Assembly: GCA_963716895.1 (NCBI GenBank)
Contig: CAVQUJ010000006.1
Span: 175,750-239,749, forward strand
Length of the DNA stretch: 64,000 bases
Source of the DNA: an uncultured delta proteobacterium
Lineage (GTDB): Bacteria > Myxococcota_A > UBA9160 > UBA6930
Reading direction: 5' to 3'
The translations under genes were made by a program, and so were the position numbers. The notes below the pieces were generated by a model. It was not told the origin of the DNA, made no database searches, and saw only the letters and a list, made by a program, of their open reading frames with translations. Positions 38,994-49,000 of this stretch are shown piece after piece. Position 1 is the first letter of the stretch. Every line of letters begins with the position of its first letter.

Positions 38994-40206
38994 CTACGCC
39001 GCCTTCCGCGCGGGCGTCTTCATCAGGCGGCCGAGGTTCCCGCCCATCACCTTCGCGACGTCGGCGGACGGCAGTGCCGCGAGCTCCTCGGCGAAGCGCA
39101 CCGGGTCGGCGAGGCCCTCCGGGTGCGGATAGTCGGAGCCGAACAGCACGTGGTCGGCGCCGAGCAGCTTCACGAGCCCGACCGGATCCTCCTCGTGGAA
39201 CGGGTGCACGTTCGATGTTGCGCAGGAACACGTCCACCGGATTCTCGTCGAACGAGTTGGGCGAGTACTTGTACGCGTGCTCCATGTTGTGCAGCAGCGG
39301 CCGCACCCAGTGGCTGCCGTTCTCGATCGGCGCGAACTGGAGCCGCGGGAAGCGGCTGCAGAGCCCGTGGCCGATCAGCGACGCCATCGTGTCCACGATC
39401 GGGCGGTGCTCGCCGGAGACGATCGCGGAGAAGCCCGACAGGCCCTTGAAGGGCTGGAACTCGCGGTCGCGGATGCCTTCCCAGTCGTTCAGGTAGCGCG
39501 TGTAGCCCGAGTCGGAGGCGTGCATGCCGACGAGCACGCCCGCCGCCTCGACGCGCTTCCAGAACGGATCGAACTCGGGCAGCGCGGGCGAGCGCCGGCC
39601 GCCGAAGCCCGCCACCGGCGCGGGCCGCACCAGGATCGCGCGCGCGCCGCGCGCGAGCACCCACTCGAGCTCCTCGATCGCGCGCTCGACGATCGGCAGC
39701 GTGATGATCGGCGTCGCGAAGATGCGGCCCTCGTAGTCGAAGGTCCACTGCTCGTGCATCCACTGGTTCAGCGCGTGGACGACGGCGTGCGTCGCGAGCG
39801 GGTCGTCGGCGAGCCGCTCCTCGACGAGGCTCGCGAGCGTCGGCCACATCATGGCGCGGTCGATGCCGAGCTCGTCCATCAGCGCGAGCCGCGGCGCGGG
39901 CTCGAAGAAGGCGGGCGAGCGCCTTGATCGGCCGGCCGAAGATCTCGCGCTTGCGTCTTCCCGCCCGGGTTCCCGCGTCTTGAAGTAGTCCTCCTGCGCG
40001 CCCGGCGCGGCCACCACCTCGAAGGTCGGGTTCGGGATGTAGTCGCTGATCTGGCCCTTCACCGCGATCTTGGTGCGGCCCTTCACCTGCACGTACTGGA
40101 TCACGCCGTCGTACTCCTCCGGCAGGTGCCGCGTCAGCGCGTCGGGCGTCTCGTACATGTGGTTGTCGGCGTCGAAGATCGGGAAGTCGAGACGGCGCGA
40201 CGACAT
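38994..40206 (-). pseudogene. amidohydrolase-2 family protein (ACMSD-like metal-dependent hydrolase/decarboxylase), at least 3 frame breaks
   Basis: MSSRRLDFPIFDADNHMYE, LMDELGIDRAMMWP, AILVRPAP, GVLVGMHASDSG. The C-terminal HPFHEEDPVGLVKLLGADHVLFGSDYPHPEG lies in ORF 38994-39209. A compensating shift pair sits around 39900-39990. Confidence 0.7.
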
Positions 40207-40233
40207 GGCGTTCCTCCGGAGATGGGGGAGATC

Positions 40234-41456
40234 CTAGCTCGCGATCTCGACCGGCAGGTTCAGCGGGCCGCTGGAACAGCCCCATCTGCTGGAACTGCTG
40301 GAGATCCTCCCGCACGCGCGAGCCCGGCGTGACGATGTCGAGCGCCGCGTCGAGCATCGCGCCCATCTCCTGCCGCGCGAGGTTCGCGCCGAGGCAGTAG
40401 TGCGGGCCGTTGCCGAACACGAGCAGGTCGCGCGCGTCGCGCTCGAGGTCGAGGCGGTCGGGGTCGTCGAACACGGCCGGGTCGCGGTTCGCGCCGCCGA
40501 ACGAGAGCATCAGCATCTGTCCCTTGCGGATCGTCTGCCCGCGCAGCTCGAAGTCGCGCACCGCGAAGCGCGGCAGCCCGGCCGGCCCGCCGAAGGCGAA
40601 GCGCATGATCTCGTTCACGGCCTTCGGCACGAGCGAGCGATCGTCGCGCACGCGCTTCAGCTGCTCGGGGTGCTGGAGCAGCGTCTGGATCATCACCAGG
40701 CCGCCGAGGTTCGTGGTCTCGCTGCCCGCCCCGATCAGCACCGAGATCAGCATCACGATCTCGTCGTCGGTGAGCGTGTCGTCGCGCTCCTGCGTGCGGA
40801 GCAGGTCCGAGATCAGGTCCTCGCCGAGCGCGTGCCGCCGCTCGGCCGCCATCTGCCGCACCCAAGCCGCCATCTCCTGGAGAGAAGACTCCGCGAGCGC
40901 CAGCGCCTCGGGCGGCGCGAAGGGGAAGAAGCCGCGGATCAGCCCCTGCGCGAGCTCCCGGAAGCGCAGCTCGTCGGCGCCCGGCGGCACGCCGGTGACG
41001 CGGCTGATCACCGTGTTCGGGATCGGGTTGGTGAAGTCGCCCATCAGATCGAGCACCGCGCCCGGGCGATCGCGCAGCGGCTTCGCGAAGCGTTCCACGA
41101 CCTCGCGGATCTGCGCGTCCATGCGGCGAACGGCGCGCGGCGTGAGCGCGCCATTGAACAGCCGGCGGAAGCGCGCGTGCGCCTCCGGGCCCTGCCGCGC
41201 GAAGCTGTTGTCGTTGAACCAGCGCAGCATCGAGCCCTCGGGCGGCGGTGCGTAGTGCTCCCAGGCGCTGCGGTCCTGCGTCGCGTTCTCCGGATCGTTG
41301 AACAGGCGCTTCACGTCGTCGTGACGCGTCACGAACCAGAAGCCGAGCGTGGGCACGAAGTGGACGGGATCCTCGCTGCGCAGGCGGTGTACGAGCGGCG
41401 CCGGGTCCTTCGCACGTCAGCAGCTCGAGAAAGAGATCCGAGGCGGTCTCGTCCAT
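40234..41456 (-). pseudogene. cytochrome P450, frame breaks near both ends (~41410 and ~40266)
   Basis: I-helix LIGAGSETT, ExxR NEIMRF, heme loop FGNGPHYCLGANLA. N-terminal MDETASDLFLELLT, then KDPAPLVHRLRSEDPVHFVP in another frame. The natural end RPLNLPVEIAS-TAG appears after removing one C of CGGCCCGCTG. Confidence 0.85.
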
Positions 41457-41506
41457 GGCGTCCTCTCGCTGGCGATATTGGACCCGTAGTCTATTATGGA
41501 ACTCGG

Positions 41507-42130
41507 TTGTCGACCAGCGCCCCGCACTACCAGCGCCGCCGGCAGGAGACGGCCGACCGCATCGTCCAGGCCGCCGTCGCGCTGTTCGGCGAGCGGGGCG
41601 TCGAGGCCACCACGGTGGCCGACATCTGCGGGCGCGCGGAGGTCGCCCACCAGACCTTCTTCAACCACTTCGCGGCCAAGCAGGATCTGGTGCGCGACCT
41701 GGTACGGCGCGGGCACGCCTTCGTGCTCGAGTCCCTCGCCACCGCGCAGCGTGAGGAGAAGAGCACTGGCGAGCGGCTCGCGCGGCTGTTCTCGCTGCTC
41801 CACGGGGCGGCCGCCGCCGTCGGTCCGATGCATCAGGACCTCGTGTCCGAGACGATCCGCGCCGCGCACGAGACCGACGACCCGGCGCGCTCGCGCGAGA
41901 TCCACCGTGCCATCGAGAAGCTGGTGCGCGCCGGCCGCGCGCAGCGGGACGTGACGCGGCAGCACGCGATCGAAGACCTGGTCGCGCTGGTCGTGGGCGC
42001 GCTCTCGCAGCTGATGCTCGAGTGGGCGCACCGCGACGACTTCGACGTGGCCGAGCGTTCGGCGCGCATGGCGCGGCTGCTCGCCGAGGCGCTCGCACCG
42101 CGGCCGGGAGAGCGGGCGCCGCGCCTCTAG
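41507..42130 (+). CDS. TetR/AcrR family transcriptional regulator, divergent from the P450 gene
   Basis: RRQETADRIVQAAVALFGERGVEATTVADICGRAEVAHQTFFNHFAAKQDL HTH. Start is TTG 41507, or ATG 41496 plus a frame break. Confidence 0.8.
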   Translation: MSTSAPHYQRRRQETADRIVQAAVALFGERGVEATTVADICGRAEVAHQTFFNHFAAKQDLVRDLVRRGHAFVLESLATAQREEKSTGERLARLFSLLHGAAAAVGPMHQDLVSETIRAAHETDDPARSREIHRAIEKLVRAGRAQRDVTRQHAIEDLVALVVGALSQLMLEWAHRDDFDVAERSARMARLLAEALAPRPGERAPRL

Positions 42131-44697
42131 TCCGGCCGTGGGCGCGTGGGGCCAGGGCGAGGATCCGCTCCAGCTCCTCCAGCTCGACGGGCTTCACGAG
42201 GTGATGATCGAAGCCCGCCTCGCTCGAGCGCCGGCGGTCCGCCTCCTGGCCGTAGCCCGAGATCGCGACGAGCAGCACGAAGGCGGCGCCCCCGTTCTCG
42301 CGCAGGCGCCGCGCGACCTCGTAGCCGTCGAGCCCGGGCAGGCCGATGTCGAGCAGCACCACGTCCGGCCGCAACGCGCGCGCGTCGTCGAGGCCGCGAA
42401 TCCCGTCGCGCGCGATGAACGTCTCGTGCCCCCTCCGACGCAGCAGATGGGCGAGCGCCTCGGCGGAGTCCTCGTGGTCCTCGACCAGCAGGATGCGCAG
42501 CGGAGCGCTGCCCGCGTCGCCGTCCGACGCCGCGCGGATCGGACGGCGGCCGCCGGACGCCTCGCCGCGCGGGCAGGTACACGGCGAACTCGCTTCCGCT
42601 TCCCGACGCCGTCGCTCTTCGCGCTCACCCGGCCGCCGTGCATCTCGATCAGGCGTGCGCACGAGCGTCAGGCCGATGCCGAGCCCGCCGTGCGAGCGGT
42701 CCGAGCGCGGTCGCGGACTGGAAGAAGAGGTCGAAGACCCGGGGCAGCAGCTTCGGCTCGATGCCGATCGCCGTTGTCGCGGACGCGGATCGCCAGCTCG
42801 CCGCGCTCGAGCTCCGCCTCGAGCCGGATGTGTCCGCCCGGCTCCGTGAACTTCGCGGCGTTGTTGAGGAGGTTCGCGAACACCTGCGCGAGGCGGGTCA
42901 GATCCGCATGCAACACGATCTCGTCGGGCGGCAGCGCGACCTCGAGCGCGTGCTTGCGCGCCTCGATCAGGCCGCGGCTCACCTCCAGCGCGTGCTCGAC
43001 CACGGTGGCGAGGTGGACGTCACGCGCGCTCGAGCTGGATCTTGCCGGCGACTGATCCGCGACACGTCGAGCAGGTCGTCGATCAGCTTCACCATGTGCT
43101 GGACCTGTCGGTCGAGGATGTGCGTCGCGCGCCTCACGCTCGCGTCGGCGCTCTCGGCGTCGCGCAGGATCTCCGCGGCCGCGGCGATCGGCGCGAGCGG
43201 GTTGCGCAGCTCGTGGGCCAGCATGGCGAGGAACTCGTCCTTGCGGCGGTCGCTCTCCGCCAGCTCCTCGACGCGGTCGGCGAGTTCGCGCTGGCTGCGT
43301 TGGAGCGTCTCCTCCGCGCGCCGGCGCTCGAGGAATTGCCCCAGCTGCACACCCATCGTGCCGAGGACCTGCAACAACGCCTCGTCGGGCTCCTCGACCT
43401 CCCAGCTGAAGAACTCGATCACACCCTCGACCTGATCGCGGATCCGGATCGGGAAGCCGAAGCCGGCGTGGAGACCGACGCGGCTCGCGACGGCGGCGCG
43501 CGGGAAATTCGTGTCGCGGACGACGTCGGGGATCCAGGCCGGCTGGCCCGCGGCCCACACACGCCCCGGCAGGCCGACGCCGGGCGCGAACGTCAGCGAG
43601 CGCGTGATCCCCACGAACTCCGTGGCATCGACGCCCGGGCGACTCCAGACGCCGAGGCAGCGCAGCACGCCGGCCGCGCGATCCACCCCCCAGAGCGAGC
43701 CCACGTCCCACTCGAGGTTCCCGCAGATCGCGCGCAGCACCTGGGCGCCGACCTGCGCCAGCGGAATGGCCTCGGCGAGCACGGTCGTCGTGGCGTGGAC
43801 CGCGGCGCGCTGGCGGTCGGCCCGCCTGCGCTCGAGAGTGAGCGCCCCCAGCACCAGGCCGGTGAGCGCCAGCACCGAGGTGTAGAGCTGGAGCAGGACG
43901 AGGCTCTGCGTCGAGGACGGACGCGCGAACGGCCCGCTGCCGAGCAGCGTGCCGTAGAGCGCGAACCCCATCGTGGTGAGCACGGCCAGCGTGGCGGCCG
44001 GCGGCCCGTGGCGCAGCGCCGACAGGATCACGATGGGAAAGGCGAGATAGCCGAGCGGCGACTCGCGCGCGAGCGCTCCGAACGACGGACCGAACGCGAT
44101 CGTGCCCACTCCACACGTCGCGACCCACAGCGCGGCGAGCTCCACGCGCTGCCGGGGGCTCCATGGCCGCCAGGGCCGCGTCGCCCAGCTGAGGAGCACC
44201 GGTGCCACGATGAGGTCCCCGCCGGCGTCGCCGAGCCACCACATCGCCCAGAGCGGACCGAACTGCGACCACGGCTGGACGCCACCGACGCAGAGACTGG
44301 TCACGCCGATGGTCGCCGAGACGGTGGTGCTGAGGCCCGCGCCGCAGACCACCAACGCACCGGCATCTCGCAGCCGGCCGAGCCGCGCGCGGAAGTCGAG
44401 CCGCTCGAGCAGCCAGCCGGCGAGAACGGCCTCGAGCGTGTTCCCGAGCGCGATGCCCGCCGCGGTGAGCGGCGGCTCCGCCGTCGTGACGTTCGCCAGG
44501 AACGCGCCGACGGCGATGGCTGGCCACGTCCTCCGCCCGAACAGCACCACGGCGGCGAGCGCGATTCCGGTGGGCGGCCAGATCAGGGTCACCTGGGGCA
44601 CGAGCGACGCGAGCGCGAGGCCCGCCTTCGCCGCCGCGAAGTACAGAGCCGCGATGCCCAGCTGGAGCACGGCGTCCGTGAGGGCCCGTGATCGCAT
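42127..44697 (-). pseudogene. hybrid sensor histidine kinase: MASE1 - GAF - HisKA - HATPase_c - receiver; at least 4 frame breaks
   Basis: MASE1-like TM region (LQLGIAALYFAAAKAGLALA..IWPPTGIALAAVVLFG), GAF (GLPGRVWAAGQPAWIPDV), H-box FLAMLAHELRNPLAPI, N-box FANLLNNAAKFT, receiver LRILLVEDHEDSAEAL..VLLDIGLPGLDGYEV..HLVKP. The 3' end is inferred (frame ending PTRPRPD at CTAG 42127-42130). Confidence 0.75.
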
Positions 44698-44740
44698 GGG
44701 CCGCCTCCCCTTCGGCCAGCTTAGCTGGCTTGCTCACGCC

Positions 44741-45891
44741 CTAGCGCAGCGAGCGGAAGCAGGCGCGCACCTCGTCGACGAACAGCTCGGGCTGCTCGAA
44801 GGCCGCGAAGTGGCCGCCCTTCTCGAGCTCGTTCCAGTGGATGAGGTTCGTCGAAGCGCTTCTCGGCCCAGCGCCGCGAGGTGCGGAAGATCTCCTTCGG
44901 GAAGATGCTGCAGCCCGACGGGCACCGCGCACCGGATCGAGGTTCGTGCGTGCGGAAGCTCTCCCAGTACAGCCGCGCCGACGAGGCGCCCGTGCCCGGC
45001 AGCCAGTAGAGCATCACGTTGTCGAGCAGCTCGTCGCGCGCTGAGCACGTTCTCGGGGTGGCCGTCGCAGTCGGTCCACGCCCAGAACTTCTCGAGGATC
45101 CAGGCGGCCTGGCCCGCCGGCGAGTCGACGAGCCCGTAGCCGAGCGTCTGCGGCCGCGTGCTCTGCTGCTTCGAGTAGCCCGAGTCCCACTCCTGGTAGT
45201 GCTGCATGCCGGCGAGCGCGCTCTTCTCGCGCTCGGTGAGGTCGGCCATCGTCGCCGGGTCGGGCGGCACGATCGGCATGTTGAGGTGGATGCCGGCGCA
45301 GTGCGCGGCGTCCTGGATGCCGATGCGCGTGGTCACCATCGCGCCCCAGTCGCCGCCCTGCGCGCACGTAGCGCGCGTAGCCGAGGCGGCCCATCAGCTG
45401 CGCCCACGCGTCGGCGATGCGCTCCACGCTTCCAGCCCGCGCGCGTCGGCTTGTCGCGAGAAGCCGTAGCCCGGCAGCGACGGGCACACGACGTGGAAGG
45501 CGTCGCGCGCCTCGCCGCCGTGCGCGGTCGGGTTCGTGAGCGGCTCGATCACCTTCTGGAACTCGACGATCGAGCCCGGCCAGCCGTGCGTGATCACGAG
45601 CGGCAGCGCGTTCGCGTGCGGCGAGCGCACGTGGACGAAGTGGATGCCGAGGCCGTCGATCTGCGGTGCGGAACTGCGCGAAGCGGTTGAGCCGCGCCTC
45701 GCGCGCGCGCCAGTCGTACTTGTCGGCCCAGTAGCGCGCAGACGTCCTGCACGTAGGCGAGCGGGAATGCCCTGCGACCAGTCGTCCACCGTCTCGCGGT
45801 CGGGCCAGCGCGTGGCGCGCAGGCGGCGCCGCAGGTCGTCGAGCTCGGCGTCGCTGGCGGAGATGCGGAAGGGCTCGATCGGGTCGGGCAT
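44741..45891 (-). pseudogene. epoxide hydrolase (EHN N-terminal domain + alpha/beta hydrolase fold), at least 5 frame breaks
   Basis: PFRISASDAELDDLRRRLRATRWPD, GLGIHFVHVRSP, oxyanion VITHGWPGSIVEF, nucleophile AQGGDWGAMV, C-terminal NLIHWNELEKGGHFAAFEQPELFVDEVRACF. Confidence 0.75.
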
Positions 45892-46145
45892 GGGGCCTCC
45901 TGGCGGTTCGGGTGCCCGAGACGAGTAGCGCGGTCGGGCGGTGCTTTCCGACGCCGGGACCGCGGTCCTCGCACACACCCGCCGGTGCGTTGCCGATCGT
46001 GACCCGAGGTCGCGTGGGAGGGCACACACCCATACACGGGATCCCGATGGAAAATCGGGCCCGTCAGCCCTTGCCGAGGACGGGAAGGGCATGCCAAGAT
46101 GCCCGCCGTTCGCGCCCAATGCGCCACCCAAAGGAGTCTCTCGCA

Positions 46146-46601
46146 ATGTTCCAGATGCATCGCCTGCTCGTCGCCGGAGCCGTCGTCGCGGGCTCGCTGT
46201 GGTTTGCTCCGAGCTTCTCATCCGCCACCACCGGCGGCTGCCTGGTCCCGAGCGCGGCCGTGAGCCAGTACATGAGCTCCACCGGCAGCAACATCCTCAA
46301 CAACCTCTCCTCGAACCTGCAGATCTGCAAGAACCAGTGCCAGGAGATGCGAAACGGCTGCGACAACGTGAACAAGTCGGCCGTGCGCTGCGTGAAGGTG
46401 AGCTCGAAGGCCGACAGCCAGGGGCAGGCTCGGGCGTGCAACGAGCTGACGGGCGAGTCGAAGCAGGCCTGCAAGGAAGCGCAGAAATCGAACCAGGACG
46501 CCATTCTGAGCTTCCTCCACGACGACCGGCAGAGCGCCGACAGCTTCTGCGAGTCGCAGTTCCAGAACTGCCTCGCGTCTTGCGGCCAGTCCGAGGACTA
46601 G
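46146..46601 (+). CDS. small exported Cys-rich protein (151 aa, 10 Cys), locally lower GC
   Basis: AAAGGAG RBS, signal MFQMHRLLVAGAVVAGSLWFAPSFSSA, then Asn/Ser/Gln/Lys-rich sequence with CKNQCQEMRNGC, RCVKV, ACNEL, ACKEA, FCESQFQNCLASC. No family recognised. Confidence 0.6.
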   Translation: MFQMHRLLVAGAVVAGSLWFAPSFSSATTGGCLVPSAAVSQYMSSTGSNILNNLSSNLQICKNQCQEMRNGCDNVNKSAVRCVKVSSKADSQGQARACNELTGESKQACKEAQKSNQDAILSFLHDDRQSADSFCESQFQNCLASCGQSED

Positions 46602-46614
46602 TCCTCGCGCCCAG

Positions 46615-47607
46615 TTGAGTCTCGCTCGGGCGGTCCGCATCGCGTTGCTGCTGAGCGTGGGGCCCGTGCTCGCGCTGGTGGTGGTCGATCGCGCGATCGT
46701 CCATTGGCGCGCGCACTGGGCTTGGGTGGCGCGCGAGGTGCCGCCCCTCGCGCTCGATCCCTACCGGCTCGAGGGGATCCTGCGCAGCACTGCGCCCGGG
46801 CGCCAGAACGTGCTGCTGCTCGGGAACAGCGTGACCGAGCAGGGCTTCGACGCCGCAGCCCTGGAGCAACGCTTCGCCGAGCGCGGCCTGCGCTTCCCGA
46901 AGCTCACGATCGGCGGCGCACCGGCGCTCACCTTCGGCATGCTGGCCGCGCCGATCGCGGCGCTCGAGCCGACGCTGGCGCTGCTGGTGATCTCGCCGCC
47001 CTCGCTCCGCAGCCGGGGCTACGAGGACTACGTCTACGCGTACGACGCCCGCGAGGTGCCCGAGCTGTTCTCGGCGCGCGAGTGGCTCGCGGACGCCACG
47101 CTTCCACATCGACGGCTTCGCCGGCCAGCTCCACGTGTTGGCCCGCCATCGCCGGGCGATGCAGCGCGCGGCGCTGGTGTGGCTGGGCGAGCCTCGATTG
47201 GCAGCACCTCGAAAACGCAGCGGGCAAGCTCCGCGTCGAACACATGCTCGACGGCGCGGACATGCTCCAGGCGTGGCTGCAGCAGCCGGAGCCCGACGCG
47301 TATCCGAACCCGAACACGCGCGCGCTCGGCGTCCTCGCGCAGCGCCTCCGCGAGCACGGCGCGCGCCTCGTCGTGCTCGAGGCGCCGAGCCATCCGATCC
47401 AGGCGGTGCTGCTCCCGCCGCGAGCGCATCGCCGCGGCACACCAGGAGCTCGCGCAGCTCGCGGCCGAGGACGACTTCGCGCTGGTGACGCGGGAGGAGC
47501 TGCCGCCGCTCGACGAGGACGACTTCGGCGACTGGGTGCACGCGAGCGCCCGCGGCCGCGAGCGCCTGACGGCCTTCCTCGGCGACTACCTGGCGCGGAA
47601 CCTCTGA
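46615..47607 (+). pseudogene. membrane-anchored SGNH/GDSL-fold protein, partner of the MBOAT (AlgJ/AlgX/PatB-like role), at least 3 frame breaks
   Basis: TTG 46615. TM IALLLSVGPVLALVVV, block-I-like LLLGNSVTEQG, central part in other frames (FHIDGFAGQLHV.., LDWQHLENAAGKLRVEHML..VVLEAPSHPIQ), block-V-like DDFGDWVHAS (DxxH). Confidence 0.55.
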
Positions 47608-47614
47608 GCCGCCG

Positions 47615-49000
47615 GTGCGCTTCAACAGCTACGAGTTCGTCGTCTTCTTCGCCGTGCTGCTCGCGCTGCTCCCGTTCTTTCCGGGCCGCAAGCGACACCG
47701 GCTGCTGCTCGCCGCCAGCTACGTCTTCTACGGCGCCTGGAACGTGCCGTTCGTGGCGCTGCTCCTCTTCACCACCACGCTCGACTACGTGAGCGGCGGG
47801 CTGATCGCGCGCGCGACGACGCCGGCGCGCAAGCGCGCCTGGCTCCTGCTCAGCCTGCTCGGCAACCTCGGCCCGCTCTTCTACTTCAAGTACGGGAACT
47901 TCTTCCTCGAGAACGTGGCGTTCGTAGCCCGGGTGAACCCCGAGCCCTTCTATCTCCACGTCGTGATCCCGCTCGGGATCAGCTTCTACACCTTCGAGTC
48001 GCTCTCGTACACGCTCGACATGTACCGGGGCAATCGCGAGCCGTGCAAGAGCTTCCTCGACTTCGCGCTCTTCGTGACCTTCTTCCCGCACCTCGTGGCC
48101 GGGCCGATCCTGCGCACCTCGGAGTTCCTGCCGCAGCTGAAGCGCACGACGCCCGTGAGCGAGCCGGAGGTGGTGCGCGGCGTCGAGCTCTTCCTGCTCG
48201 GGCTGTTCAAGAAGGTGGTGGTGGCGGACAACCTCGCGCTGCTCGCCGACGCCGTGTTCGCGAGCCCGAAGGACTACAGCGGCGCGGCCGTGCTGGCGGG
48301 CACCTGGGCCTTCTGGGCGCAGATCTACTGCGACTTCTCGGGCTACTCGACGATGGCCCAGGGCCTCGCCTCGATGCTCGGCTTCTGGTTCCCGAAGAAC
48401 TTCGACTACCCGCAGCTCCGCCACAATCCGCTCGAGTACCGCCGCACCTGGCACATCACGCTCGGCAACTGGATCACGGACTACGTCTACCGGCCCATCG
48501 GCGGCTCGCGCGTCGGCGACCTGCGCTTCGCGTTCAACCTGGTGTTCACCTGGATGCTGCTCGGCCTCTGGCACGGCGCGTCGTGGAACTTCGTGCTGTG
48601 GGGCACCTACAACGGCGTGATCCTGGCGATCTACTCCGTCGGCATGCGCCGCAAGCGCTGGGCCCTGCCCGCCTTCCCGGGGAAGAAGTTCTGCGGCTGG
48701 CTGCTGATCGTCGCGAGCAACCTGCTGTCGTCGATCTTCTTCCGCTCGCACAGCGCCGCCGACATGGGCGGGCTGCTGGCGCGCCTGCTCACGTGGGCGC
48801 CGGGGCGCGGCGTCGCGCCCGCGTGGTGGGTGGTGCTCGCGCTCCTGCTCGGCGTGCACGCGCTCTCGTTCTGGTACTACAAGGAAGATCTGCTGCTGCG
48901 CCTGCGCTGGCCCGGGCGCATCGCGCTGATCACGGCGACCGTGCTCGCGATCGCGTGCCTCGGCGCAGGCGGGCGGCCCTTCATCTACTTCCAGTTCTAG
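47615..49000 (+). CDS. MBOAT-family membrane-bound O-acyltransferase (AlgI/DltB/PatA-like)
   Basis: Intact 461 aa. FNSYEFVVFF, GISFYTFESLSYTLDMYRG, FFPHLVAGPI, invariant-His region YRRTWHITLGNWITDYVYRPIGG. Confidence 0.85.
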   Translation: MRFNSYEFVVFFAVLLALLPFFPGRKRHRLLLAASYVFYGAWNVPFVALLLFTTTLDYVSGGLIARATTPARKRAWLLLSLLGNLGPLFYFKYGNFFLENVAFVARVNPEPFYLHVVIPLGISFYTFESLSYTLDMYRGNREPCKSFLDFALFVTFFPHLVAGPILRTSEFLPQLKRTTPVSEPEVVRGVELFLLGLFKKVVVADNLALLADAVFASPKDYSGAAVLAGTWAFWAQIYCDFSGYSTMAQGLASMLGFWFPKNFDYPQLRHNPLEYRRTWHITLGNWITDYVYRPIGGSRVGDLRFAFNLVFTWMLLGLWHGASWNFVLWGTYNGVILAIYSVGMRRKRWALPAFPGKKFCGWLLIVASNLLSSIFFRSHSAADMGGLLARLLTWAPGRGVAPAWWVVLALLLGVHALSFWYYKEDLLLRLRWPGRIALITATVLAIACLGAGGRPFIYFQF

